DNA from: an uncultured bacterium
GTDB taxonomy: Bacteria > Zixibacteria > MSB-5A5 > JAABVY01 > JAHJOQ01
Assembly (NCBI GenBank): GCA_965369655.1
Contig: CBDUQR010000022.1
Coordinates: 1 to 46,647 of the forward strand
Length of the DNA: 46,647 bases
Reading direction: 5' to 3'
The translations under genes and the position numbers were made by a program. The notes below the pieces were generated by a model, which had not been told where the DNA came from, did not search any database, and saw only the letters and a program-made list of their open reading frames with translations. Positions 37,415-46,647 of the stretch are shown piece after piece (within the stretch, counting starts at the first letter, position 1; the number at the start of each line of letters is the position of its first letter).

Positions 37415-37946
37415 CTTCTCCTTTAGTTAAATGTTCTCCTCCAGGACAGACCGAAACCGGCTGACAGGGAGGGAAGAATATGATCGTTTGAACACAGAAT
37501 CTTGTCTAGGGGCTCTGTTGCTGTTCAAACAAAATCGACTTCTTCACAATTCCTACTTTTGGAGTCAGGGTTCAGTCTCAATTCAAATGTCGGCATAATC
37601 AAAGGTGTCTTGAGACTTCTCCCATATGTTGTATTCGTATGTAAAAGATTATCTTCTGTAAAACTCATCTGCCTAAGAAACCTCCCGGGTATCTTAGTAT
37701 CACCTCCTACAGCATTCACACGATAAAACTTAATATCATATAAGCTGTTTGCATTTTAACGGTTGCCAGTTAGTACAACAAAAGAGATGAGGTGATAGAA
37801 AGAAGCAAGCGTCGAAGTAATAATCTTCGTTGCTATGATTCGTCTGTTTTAGAACCGTAGCTGTTTTACGCTAATGTAAGAGGCCGTTCATCCACGCGGG
37901 GCCTAAACCGCGAGTACAAACTGCTTTTCTTATTCAAACCGTGCTC

Positions 37947-37974
37947 AATGTAACGGATTACTGAGAATTGTCAA
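37947..37974 (-). promoter_or_regulatory. Candidate sigma-70 promoter ~600 nt upstream of the 1608-aa gene
   Basis: Minus strand TTGACA (37974-37969)-16 nt-TACATT (37952-37947). Confidence 0.5.
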
Positions 37975-38473
37975 GAACATTCTTCCCTGAAATTAACAAA
38001 AAATCACCTGTGCACCAGACCATCTGATCCAGCCTGCGCCGGTCTATGAAGCTGAAATGTCGGCTCCGTGGAACGGGGTATGTTGAAAAAGCCCCTTAAA
38101 GTGCCCGCAGGGGCTGTGCCCCTGTGAATTCTGTGTCATATCTGCTTGCTTTTGCAGTAAGCTGAGAACACAGCAGCACAGCTACTGCACACACAATGAA
38201 TTACTGGCAGTATTATTATCATCACTATTATTATATGACATACTATACATGGGATGGTGCCGAAAGACATTGCTATAGGCAATTTTGGTTGACATTGCGT
38301 CATTGCGCACGTTGAATTCACTAAAACGTCGGTGACTCACACCGTCAGCAGTCACGGGAGTCGAACTGTGAGCGTGCGGACATGTAGGAATTCGACGGAT
38401 GTGATTGAGCGATGGGTGTATTAGTGAAGTACTTATATGGAGATACGTTTAGAATAATATAGTAGATAATATT

Positions 38474-39148
38474 ATGGGTAAGAATAATAGAGTTGTCAGC
38501 TTCGCTTTCGGGTTGGCACTCGCTCTCCTGATTATCTTTGCGGCCTATTCGCTGTATCGACAGTTTGGACGGCAGGCGTCTGAGCAGCGTGAGCCGAGTG
38601 AAGTTCTGATAATGACCGAGATGATCGATGGTGACACCGGCGAGTTATCCGATGGCGGGACCGTGAGATTTCTCGGCATTGATACGCCGGAGAGAGGTGA
38701 GGAGTTTTATTTCGAGGCGCTCAGTATGAGTTCAGAACTCTGCCGGGGGCAGGCTGTGCGCCTTGAGCAAGATCATAGGAAGAGTGACAAGTATGACAGG
38801 CAACTGGCTTATGTCTTCGTCGAGGATTCTATCATGGTCAATGAAGTCCTGGTTTATGCCGGGCTGGCATGTGTCTACATTTTCCCTGCTGACCAGAAGA
38901 ATATGGAATACCGCAGGCGGCTTATTCTTGCTCAGATGAATGCGCGCGAGGCGGGACGCGGTATTTGGTCTTTGCCGCCACCGGAGCCGATCGAGGAGTC
39001 TTATCTCGGCAACGCGAATTCATTCAGATTCCATCGCCCCGGCTGCAGCACGCTCAGACGATCCGACAGGTCCCGCCTGCTCGAATATCAGTCGCGCGAC
39101 GATTTCCTCGACCTCGGTTTCTCTCCCTGCAGAATTTGCAAACCATAG
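38474..39148 (+). CDS. Membrane-anchored thermonuclease (SNase) with C-terminal Ada-like metal-binding domain
   Basis: IDGDT, VRFLGIDTPE, DKYDRQLAYV, RGIW; FHRPGC..PCRICKP; N-terminal TM helix. Confidence 0.92.
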   Translation: MGKNNRVVSFAFGLALALLIIFAAYSLYRQFGRQASEQREPSEVLIMTEMIDGDTGELSDGGTVRFLGIDTPERGEEFYFEALSMSSELCRGQAVRLEQDHRKSDKYDRQLAYVFVEDSIMVNEVLVYAGLACVYIFPADQKNMEYRRRLILAQMNAREAGRGIWSLPPPEPIEESYLGNANSFRFHRPGCSTLRRSDRSRLLEYQSRDDFLDLGFSPCRICKP

Positions 39149-39266
39149 TAGTGCTCTGACTGGTTTTGCCTGGACAATCCTGGCCAATTCTCTACACTAT
39201 TCCCACCATCTTCCGATATGAAGAATAGCAGGCAAACGGGTTGACAACCATCTGCACGGGAGAAAT

Positions 39267-40640
39267 ATGTCTACTGTTCTGGTAATTGACGATAAAAAAT
39301 CAATGCGCGATATGCTGTCGCAGACGCTTACTGCCGAGGGGTTCGACGTCGATTCGGTATCGAGTGGCACACGCGGGGTCGATCTCGCATCGAAAAAGAG
39401 CTTCGACGTCGTAGTAACCGATCTGATGATGCCGGACATGGATGGAATCAAGGTGCTTTCCGAGATCAGGGATCGTGATCCCGACACGGCTGTGATCATG
39501 ATGACCGCATACGCTACGGTGGAGAACGCTGTCGAAGCCATGAAACTCGGCGCATTCGATTTTGTGACGAAGCCGTTCGATACGAATCATCTCACATTCC
39601 TGATTCGGCGGGCGCTCGAACAGCGGCAGCTCGAGGCGGAGAACGAAATCCTGAAGGAAGAGTTGGAAATCACTCACGGCTACGACGAGATAATCGGGGA
39701 CAGCGTGCGGATGCATGAGGTGATGCGGCTGATCGCAAAGGTCGCGTCGTCCGATACATCGGTGCTGCTCCTCGGCGAATCCGGTACCGGCAAGGAGCTT
39801 TTCGCAAGAGCGATCCACAAGACCTCACCGAGAGCGGATAAGCCGTTTATTGCCATCAACTGCGCTGCGATACCGCACGAGCTTCTGGAGAACGAGCTGT
39901 TCGGTTCGGAGAAAGGCGCGTTCACATCCTCGACAGCGAAGAAGATGGGCAAGTTCGAGGTCGCCAACCACGGCACGGTTTTCCTCGATGAAATAGGCGA
40001 TATGGATCCTGCTCTGCAGGCCAAGCTCCTGCGCGTGCTCCAGGACAGGCAGTTCGAGCGACTCGGTGGCACACAGACCATCAAGGTCGATGTCCGTGTG
40101 ATTGCGGCATCGAACGCCGACCTGAAAGAAGCGATCGCTGAGAAAAGATTCCGTGAGGATCTGTTCTATCGGCTTTCGGTATTTCCGGTGACTATTCCGC
40201 CGCTTCGTGATCGCAGGGACGATATCCCGGCTCTTGCGCAGCATTTCCTCGATAAATACTGCCGGGAGATGGGCAAGCAGAAAATGCGTGTGTCGAAAGA
40301 AGCGCTGAATCTCATGGATAAATACAACTGGCCCGGCAATGTCCGCGAGCTCGAAAACACGATCGAACGTGCGATTATTCTGTGCGAGGGGAAAGTAATT
40401 GGCACCGACCATATTGCAATCAGGCTGCCTACAGTCGAGGAAATCCGGCTCAGGGAAGGCGCGGGCTTAAAAGAAGTTGGGCAGCATGCCCAGATGGTGG
40501 CGGAGCGAGCGATGATAATTCGCGTGCTCAAGGACACGAAGGGAAACAAGAGAAAAGCGGCCGAGATTCTGCAGATAGATTATACAACTTTGTTCGAGAA
40601 GATAAAGAAATACACGATTGATACGATAAAAGAAGTGTAG
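39267..40640 (+). CDS. Sigma-54-dependent response regulator (NtrC/AtoC family)
   Basis: REC domain, GESGTGKE, FLDEIG, FREDLFYRL, WPGNVREL, Fis-type HTH. The GAFTGA loop reads GAFTSS. Confidence 0.95.
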   Translation: MSTVLVIDDKKSMRDMLSQTLTAEGFDVDSVSSGTRGVDLASKKSFDVVVTDLMMPDMDGIKVLSEIRDRDPDTAVIMMTAYATVENAVEAMKLGAFDFVTKPFDTNHLTFLIRRALEQRQLEAENEILKEELEITHGYDEIIGDSVRMHEVMRLIAKVASSDTSVLLLGESGTGKELFARAIHKTSPRADKPFIAINCAAIPHELLENELFGSEKGAFTSSTAKKMGKFEVANHGTVFLDEIGDMDPALQAKLLRVLQDRQFERLGGTQTIKVDVRVIAASNADLKEAIAEKRFREDLFYRLSVFPVTIPPLRDRRDDIPALAQHFLDKYCREMGKQKMRVSKEALNLMDKYNWPGNVRELENTIERAIILCEGKVIGTDHIAIRLPTVEEIRLREGAGLKEVGQHAQMVAERAMIIRVLKDTKGNKRKAAEILQIDYTTLFEKIKKYTIDTIKEV

Positions 40641-40777
40641 AGAAAAAGTAGAGAGTGCTACTTTGCTCTAAGAATTCCTACTTTCTATGATAAAGCCGGC
40701 CGATCGTGAGACCCGCCGGCTTTGCTATGCCAGCCACTGAAGTAGCTCACGTCCGCTAAATGCCCTGAGTCTGTATT

Positions 40778-40852
40778 GTGGGCGGCAGACCTCCTAGTCT
40801 GCCCCATCTGGGGCGGCAGAAAGAGCGGCAGACGTGGACGTCTGCCGGCCAC
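40778..40852. repeat. REP doublet (REPIN-like), same family as 4014-4041
   Basis: GTGGGCGGCAGACCTCCTAGTCTGCCCC ... GCGGCAGACGTGGACGTCTGCCGGCCAC in inverted orientation, with a partial third unit between them. Confidence 0.8.
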
Positions 40853-40871
40853 GAGACTGAAGTTTGCTGTT

Positions 40872-43800
40872 TCAGCTCTTTTCCAGCGCTTTCTGGATTG
40901 CCTTCAATTCTGTCGGAGTAATGGACCAAAGTTCCGCAGCCAATTCATCGATCTCCGTTTCTAACTGTAATTGTGTATTGGGCTTGTCAGCCACTTCTTC
41001 GACGTGACATTCCTTGGAGAGGGTCGCAAGTCTACTGTGAACAGCATCTCCATGATTAAATTGTGGAATAGACACGTTTGTAAGTACATGTGGAGATCCA
41101 AAGCTCCCTGTGCTCTTCGAAGCGTAGTTCTCTATCGTGCACCGACAGGGAGAAGAATTCATCAGCGCGGCGAAGTAGTGAGCTTCCATCTCACTTGAGA
41201 GAGGTGCAAATGTTGCGGTTTCCGCGGACAATATGAGGTTTCCTGTACTACCGCCAGAAACTGCGGCGCCGATTTCTGCCGAGACTCGTGTCCAATAGAC
41301 CTTCCACTCCACCATTGTGTACGGACCAACGTTGTACATGGAGTAGAATGGGTCCGATGGTTTGAAATACTGCTTGTATCCTGAGCGTCCGCGAAGCGTG
41401 CCCCGCTCTGGACTATTCCTGTCGCCTTCGAACTTCTTCAAGTATGCGTACGTCTTGGGGTATTTCAGCTTCATAGTGGCTTCGGGGATACCTTTGCGCA
41501 AGTCCGGGTCCTGAGCGAGGATGATATGACATGAAGGCTCGGCATGCCACCGATGCACATCCCTTCCGCGCAGCAAAGGATAAACCAGGTCCGGTTCTAT
41601 GACGGCTTCGACTCGCGGCACTTTGATTTTGCCAACATCATACAGGTTCACGATCACAAGATTTCCGTCCGGCCGTTCTTCGATTATGCGAATCCAGAAG
41701 CAGCCGTTGAGGCCGCCGGTGTTGACACCCTCAAACGCTGTGTAGTGACTTTTACCAAGCACTTTCTGTATGGCAGGAATAGTGTTCTGAGGCGCTGTTA
41801 ACCAGGGGGAAGTCTCTTTATCAGCGACGACTGGCATAGCTTTCAACTTGGTTTGAGTCGTTGCTTTCCGAACACTCTCGAGCGATTCATCCTGATTGAC
41901 ACGGCTGACGCCGGACCATGATGTGTACTTGACAGGATAACTGAAGGGTCGCTTTGTCTTCTGACATACGAATACAGCCGTGCGATTCGTTGCGCCCTCG
42001 AATACCTGCATGGCGCTCATGTCATGGACAGCAAGAGGTTTCAGGCGCCAGATTTTCTCATCCTGTTCGTAGTAGAATCGCCTGAAGCCATCGCCCGCGC
42101 CCTGAGTCTTGAAAACGCTTTGGGTGATAACGAACCCGAGACGTCCTGCGTTTTCCAAATAGTTGTCTACGGCTGAATAGACGAACAGCATGGAGAGGTC
42201 TTTCTTGCCGCCGCCCAAGCGCCCCGCGGAACCCGAAAGCGTGAAGAGGCCGTACTCCTGCCAAAGTGGTTTCATACCGTCACGGTAATTCTCTGGCAGA
42301 CTTTCCCAATTGACCCACGGCGGATTGCCAGCGACGTAGTCAACGGTTTCGATGAAAAGCGGCGCGAAAGCGTTCTTGATTATGCGCGCCCATATTCCGT
42401 TTTGATTATTCCCATCAAGTGCCTGCAACTGGCGGTAGAGAGCTTTGTGAAGTTGCTCCTCATCGACGGGGATGCCTTCCGCCTGGCACCGTTTGACAAA
42501 ATCATCAGCGTCGTATTCATCGCGGATGCAGTACTCAAGCGTGTCGGCGTACTTGCCAATGATCTCGCGCTTGCCGGCTACCTCAGTCGGGATAAGAAAC
42601 TCGCCTGCGCTGGTCTTGAGCTTGTTGACCTTTCCAAGGTCTCCTGCGAACAGGTCTCCATATTCCGACGGCGTCATGATTGAGTCGCATAGATAAATGG
42701 GCAGTTCGATTTCTCCACCGTGACGCAACAGATCGCGGATGGCGAGCAGGTAGTTGGTCCGGGCGGCCATTACTGCCAGGGGATTGAGGTCGAAGCCAAT
42801 GATGTTGCTTAGTATTTTCCTAAGCAGTTCATCCTCGCTGAATCCGCATTCGTGGCGGCGCTCGTCGAACCAGATTTTGACCCGATTGATCGCCATGACC
42901 AGAAACGTCCCGGAGCCACACGCCGGGTCGAGGAGCCGTTTGTCAGGGTCTCCGTCGTACCCGAGTTCATCGAGTACAAGGTCTGCCAGCCAGTCGGGTG
43001 TGTAATACTCGCCCAGATCGTGGCGGACGGATTTCGGGAAAAGATGCTGATAGAGTTTCTTGAGCAGGTCGCGCGATTCAGCTGGCTCGACGCTCAGTGT
43101 CGATGGGTCGTATTGATCAAGCGTGCGGACCATGTTGCGCACAGCGCTATCGAGAGAATCGTCCCAGGCGTCGAGGTACCACGAAAACAGGTCACCTTCG
43201 AGGAAATTCCGGATGCCCAATTGGGACCATATACCACCCTGCTCAAGGGTTTCAAGCTCTGAACGCAGCTTGGCCGACGTGGGTGCGGAGATCAGTTTCT
43301 TAAGTGTTGACATTCCCAGAGGGGAGAATGAAGACACAATTTCAGCAGCGAGCAGTTTGATGAGAATGCCATAGTACGTATGGACTGAGAAGAGCAATTC
43401 AGCAGGCTCCGCCTTCGGGATGCAATAGTGCTCGCCCAGTTTTCTAATTTTGGCATTGTTGCCATGGACGTCATAGCCGCAAACCTCGCCAAAGAGAATC
43501 TGCCACTGTTTGAAAAAGACTTGAGCCTTCTTGCTCTTTGTGGTCGAAATGACTTTGTGAATGCGGGCGATTCCTTCCAAAGCAATGTGCCCCTGACCGC
43601 CGAAGTGATCGCAGAGGTTATCCGGAGTGAAAGAGTAACCCTTTGCGCCCAGCGAGACAAGGGCGCGGAGAAGACGCTCGACAGTATGAGGAGTTACCGG
43701 CTGCGGGTTCTCGACCTCGATTGTCTTCCCGCGATAGCGGACAAAGACAAATGTATCGCCATCACAACCGACCGCGAAAATCCGTTCGAGTCCGACCTTC

Positions 43801-44135
43801 TCTTCGGACTGAAAGTCTGTGAGACGTTTCTTCAACTGTTTGACAACGGCTTTCACGCCTGCGGATTTCGGGTTCTCCGTGATCTTGCCCGATCCCTTTG
43901 GGTCCTTGTATTCAATGATAACTCCGCCATACTTGGAGTCAATCCTGCCCCCAGCCAGGCCGTATTCGTGACGGCCTTTCACCTTGATTTTCGCCTTCGT
44001 CAGGAAATCGTCGATGAGTTTGTTGCACTCATGACGAACATCCTCCTCGGACTTTGACCTGTTGGCGATCTCCAGCATCTTGCAAGACATCGTCTCTGCG
44101 TAGTTACGAATGAGCGTTTCAAGATTCACTTGCAT
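40872..44135 (-). CDS. Type IIG-like restriction-modification fusion (nuclease, amino-methyltransferase, TRD)
   Basis: N-terminal RID..IIEYK (PD-(D/E)xK-like), GEYYTP, LLDPACGSGTF (motif I), GNPPW (motif IV), C-terminal TRD-like region. Confidence 0.88.
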   Translation of the reverse strand: MQVNLETLIRNYAETMSCKMLEIANRSKSEEDVRHECNKLIDDFLTKAKIKVKGRHEYGLAGGRIDSKYGGVIIEYKDPKGSGKITENPKSAGVKAVVKQLKKRLTDFQSEEKVGLERIFAVGCDGDTFVFVRYRGKTIEVENPQPVTPHTVERLLRALVSLGAKGYSFTPDNLCDHFGGQGHIALEGIARIHKVISTTKSKKAQVFFKQWQILFGEVCGYDVHGNNAKIRKLGEHYCIPKAEPAELLFSVHTYYGILIKLLAAEIVSSFSPLGMSTLKKLISAPTSAKLRSELETLEQGGIWSQLGIRNFLEGDLFSWYLDAWDDSLDSAVRNMVRTLDQYDPSTLSVEPAESRDLLKKLYQHLFPKSVRHDLGEYYTPDWLADLVLDELGYDGDPDKRLLDPACGSGTFLVMAINRVKIWFDERRHECGFSEDELLRKILSNIIGFDLNPLAVMAARTNYLLAIRDLLRHGGEIELPIYLCDSIMTPSEYGDLFAGDLGKVNKLKTSAGEFLIPTEVAGKREIIGKYADTLEYCIRDEYDADDFVKRCQAEGIPVDEEQLHKALYRQLQALDGNNQNGIWARIIKNAFAPLFIETVDYVAGNPPWVNWESLPENYRDGMKPLWQEYGLFTLSGSAGRLGGGKKDLSMLFVYSAVDNYLENAGRLGFVITQSVFKTQGAGDGFRRFYYEQDEKIWRLKPLAVHDMSAMQVFEGATNRTAVFVCQKTKRPFSYPVKYTSWSGVSRVNQDESLESVRKATTQTKLKAMPVVADKETSPWLTAPQNTIPAIQKVLGKSHYTAFEGVNTGGLNGCFWIRIIEERPDGNLVIVNLYDVGKIKVPRVEAVIEPDLVYPLLRGRDVHRWHAEPSCHIILAQDPDLRKGIPEATMKLKYPKTYAYLKKFEGDRNSPERGTLRGRSGYKQYFKPSDPFYSMYNVGPYTMVEWKVYWTRVSAEIGAAVSGGSTGNLILSAETATFAPLSSEMEAHYFAALMNSSPCRCTIENYASKSTGSFGSPHVLTNVSIPQFNHGDAVHSRLATLSKECHVEEVADKPNTQLQLETEIDELAAELWSITPTELKAIQKALEKS

Positions 44136-44254
44136 GATAGCTCTGTTCCCCTCTGCACGTCGTCAGGACGTTATGGAGATTTTTGATTAAGTTATAGGTT
44201 GGAATTCTGCATGGCAAGTTTAATGATTTGGTGGTATGGGACCCGAAGCGAGTC

Positions 44255-44315
44255 GTAGCCGAGCAGGTCGAAAGACTTGCCTGTCCTGAGCCTGCGAAGG
44301 GCGGTTTCGACCTGC
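44255..44315. repeat. REP-like palindrome with nested CCTGAGC-type mini-element
   Basis: GTAG start; arms GCAGGTCGAAA (44263-44273) and TTTCGACCTGC (44305-44315); the loop contains GCCTGTCCTGAGCCTGCGAAGG. Confidence 0.65.
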
Positions 44316-44355
44316 GGAACTGAAATTGCATGCTGTCAAACCAGCCCACACTCTC

Positions 44356-44384
44356 TTGACAACAAGTTGCCTTTCAATTACTCT
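44356..44384 (+). promoter_or_regulatory. Sigma-70 promoter of the transglutaminase-like gene
   Basis: TTGACA-17 nt-TACTCT, about 35 nt upstream of the ATG with a GAGGGAG RBS. Confidence 0.6.
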
Positions 44385-44418
44385 TATCGTGAAATGACAG
44401 AAATACGAGGGAGTGATT

Positions 44419-45978
44419 ATGAGAGTATTTATTTCGATGATGGTGTTGTTTGTGGGTCTACTGTGCGGCTGTGGCACGCAATCGCCGTATTCACCAGAGG
44501 TGACAGAGGCTCTGGAAGCTGCCGGTGATAACCGAGTCGAACTCGAACAAGTCCTGGAACACTATGCTGTCGAGGGGGATTCGCTCAAGCAGCAGGCAGC
44601 GTCCTGGCTGATCGCCAATATGGGCGAGCACTGCTATGCAACTTATACTCTCGATGACAGCACAGGCGCTGAAGTCGACTTCAATATCCTTGATTACCCC
44701 GATTACGAAACCATGAAGGCGGCTTGTAACGCTCTGGAGGAAAGTCATGGCGAACTCGAGTTTGAACGCGGGGAGAAGATACTCGATCTGGATACTATCA
44801 CCGCCGATTTTCTGATCGACCAGATCGATTATGCTTTCTTATCCTGGCGCGACAAACCGTGGGCAAAGGCTCTCTCGTTCGACCAGTTTCGCCGCTATGT
44901 TCTCCCATATCGTGGCAGCAACGAGCCGCTGGAACCGTGGCGGGAAACATTCCGGGAGATGTACAAGGATATTGCAGGCAAGATGACCGATTCGACCGAC
45001 GCGATAGAGGCCGCATCGCTGATTAATAGTGACATAAGATCGTGGTTCTCGTTTGATCCCCGCTACTATTATCATCCCACCGATCAGGGACTTAGTGAGA
45101 TGCTCGAAAATCGCATGGGACGGTGTGAGGACATGACGAACTTAGCCATCTATGCCATGCGGGCTAACGGTCTGGCGGTTACGAGCGACTACACGCCCTA
45201 TTGGGCGAATACCGGGAATAATCATGCCTGGAACGCGATTGTCACTCCCGATGGCGAGGTGATACCTTTTATGGGTGCGGAGAGCAATCCGGGAGACTAC
45301 AAACTCGCCAACAAGATGGCAAAGACCTACCGCAAGGCTTTCGATAAGCAAAAAGATAACCTTGCTTTTCAGGATAATCAGCAGGAAAAGACGCCTCGCT
45401 GGCTGGCAGGGAAGAGCTATATCGACGTCACTGCTGACTACATCGATGTGTGCGACGTCAGCGTGAAATTCACGAAGGATATCCCGGACTCGGTGGACAT
45501 GGCATATCTTTGCGTGTTCAATTCAGGCGAATGGAAAGCGATCCACTGGGGCAGAATCGAAGGCGACTCTGTGATTTTCACCGACATGGGCAGAGATATC
45601 GCCTATCTTCCGGCGCTTTACATGAACGAAGAAGTAGCGCCCTGGGGTGCGCCATTCCTGCTTGACTCCAATTGCAATGTTGGGAAGTTTCGCCCAGAAG
45701 ACGACAGTGTTATCACGACCAGTCTTGTCTCGACAACGCATCGCAAACAGAAGGCCTCGACTGATGGTATCGCCGAGACGTTTCTGACTGTCGGGCAGGA
45801 ATACGAGTTGTTTTACTTCGATGATGGCTGGGAGTCGCTTGGCATGTCAGTCGCAGGTGATGAGCCTCTGGTATTCACTGATGTTCCTGCCGGATGTCTC
45901 TACTGGCTGGTCGCGACAGACTCCGACAACGAGGAACGCATCTTTACGATTGAGGATGGCAAGCAGATCTGGTGGTAG
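44419..45978 (+). CDS. Lipoprotein with transglutaminase-like domain
   Basis: Lipobox LLCG-C; YVLPYR..EPLEPWR; catalytic-like GRCEDM and NHAWN. Confidence 0.8.
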   Translation: MRVFISMMVLFVGLLCGCGTQSPYSPEVTEALEAAGDNRVELEQVLEHYAVEGDSLKQQAASWLIANMGEHCYATYTLDDSTGAEVDFNILDYPDYETMKAACNALEESHGELEFERGEKILDLDTITADFLIDQIDYAFLSWRDKPWAKALSFDQFRRYVLPYRGSNEPLEPWRETFREMYKDIAGKMTDSTDAIEAASLINSDIRSWFSFDPRYYYHPTDQGLSEMLENRMGRCEDMTNLAIYAMRANGLAVTSDYTPYWANTGNNHAWNAIVTPDGEVIPFMGAESNPGDYKLANKMAKTYRKAFDKQKDNLAFQDNQQEKTPRWLAGKSYIDVTADYIDVCDVSVKFTKDIPDSVDMAYLCVFNSGEWKAIHWGRIEGDSVIFTDMGRDIAYLPALYMNEEVAPWGAPFLLDSNCNVGKFRPEDDSVITTSLVSTTHRKQKASTDGIAETFLTVGQEYELFYFDDGWESLGMSVAGDEPLVFTDVPAGCLYWLVATDSDNEERIFTIEDGKQIWW

Positions 45979-46033
45979 AGGAGTAGGGAACGAATCGCCG
46001 ACTCGTGCCTTACTCGACTAAGGAGGAATTGAT

Positions 46034-46596
46034 ATGAGCCTGCTTGATGATATCTTAACATGGTCTACAACAGGTCTCTCTTTGTGGCAACGCGATGCTT
46101 TGCGTCGTGTCTTTCAATATGAGAACCTTGAGCCTCAAGACTACGATGATCTATATGCAATGATGAAGTCTAAACATGGATTGTCTGATCTCAAAGAACG
46201 AAAGCCGGTTCCTCTTTCCGAGGAACATCTTTCTGTCCAAGTGGACAAATCCACACCTGTCATTCTTTGCGCATTACGGGATCTTAAGAACGTTAACCGC
46301 ATCGTCCAAGGGCATGAACTTAAGTTTGTGCATAAAGGGATTACTGTGATCTACGGAGGTAATGCCTCCGGAAAATCCGGATATTTCCGTGTATTGAAAA
46401 GAGCATGCCGTGCCCGTGATGTTTCTGAAACCATTCTTTCAGATGCTTTCGACCCCAATAGCGCAAACAATATTCCTGAAGCGACTTTTGATGTCACAAT
46501 AGATGGGAAACCTGATTCGCTCAACTGGAAACGAGATGCAACCCCTCCAAATGAACTCTCCACCATTGCTGTGTTCGATAGTCGTTGTGCTCGAGT
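46034..46596 (+). pseudogene. N-terminal part of an ABC/SMC-type (AAA_13-like) ATPase, interrupted by an IS
   Basis: AAGGAGG RBS; WQRDALRR; Walker A IYGGNASGKS; IAVFDS. No signature motif or Walker B before the frame enters the IS end and stops at 46615. Confidence 0.75.
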
Positions 46597-46647
46597 TGAT
46601 CTTCCCCCGCTATAACGGACATGTTAAGAAGATAGTGTTTGCAGTCG
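46597..46647. mobile_element. Terminus of an IS3-family element
   Basis: TGATCTTCCCCCGCTATAACGGACA closely resembles the IS3 end as recalled (TGATCTTACCCAGCAATAGTGGACA). It starts with TG where the ATPase gene breaks. Confidence 0.75.

Noticed and set aside
37525-37719. 64-aa minus-strand ORF in the long leader
   Set aside because: No SD at its start and no recognisable motif; treated as non-coding.
37893-37915. c-di-GMP-I riboswitch-like GGCCTAAAC
   Set aside because: The GGCAAA, GAAA tetraloop and GCAAAG elements are absent, and it is on the opposite strand from the nearer gene.
1-46647. CRISPR array, rRNA, integron attC array, prophage
   Set aside because: No regularly spaced repeats, rRNA-like segments, integrase or phage structural genes were seen.

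Overview
This 46.6 kb bacterial window is mostly ordinary chromosomal genes: a divergent Lon protease, pepA, nifJ/PFOR, dcd, an Rrf2 regulator, an FAD/Fe-S oxidase fusion, cobO, trxB, lipA, PadR, HD-GYP and sigma-54 regulators, a site-2 protease and a thermonuclease. Two large secreted dockerin-tagged proteins suggest an anaerobic FCB-group organism such as a Zixibacteria-like lineage (inference). The right end holds a small defence-like patch (type IIG R-M fusion and a truncated AAA/ABC-type ATPase), and both window ends appear to run into IS termini that interrupt genes. The best candidate for an undescribed system is at 955-3868: a consensus sigma-70 promoter whose spacer is a palindrome matching the Fibrobacter-type LexA box (TGCAC-N4-GTGCA), driving a stand-alone NrdJ-like zinc-ribbon micro-protein and a Hel308/Ski2-type helicase fused to an OmpR-like winged helix, i.e. 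a putative SOS cassette. Other notable items: a possible split phosphorelay (His-less pseudokinase-REC next to an HDOD protein with a His-bearing DHp but no kinase domain), a MITE carrying nested REP-like elements, a recent 120-bp in-frame duplication in PadR, and a ~600-nt leader with a uORF before a 1608-aa surface protein. No rRNA, tRNA or CRISPR array was recognised. All assignments come from motifs read by eye; no searches were run.
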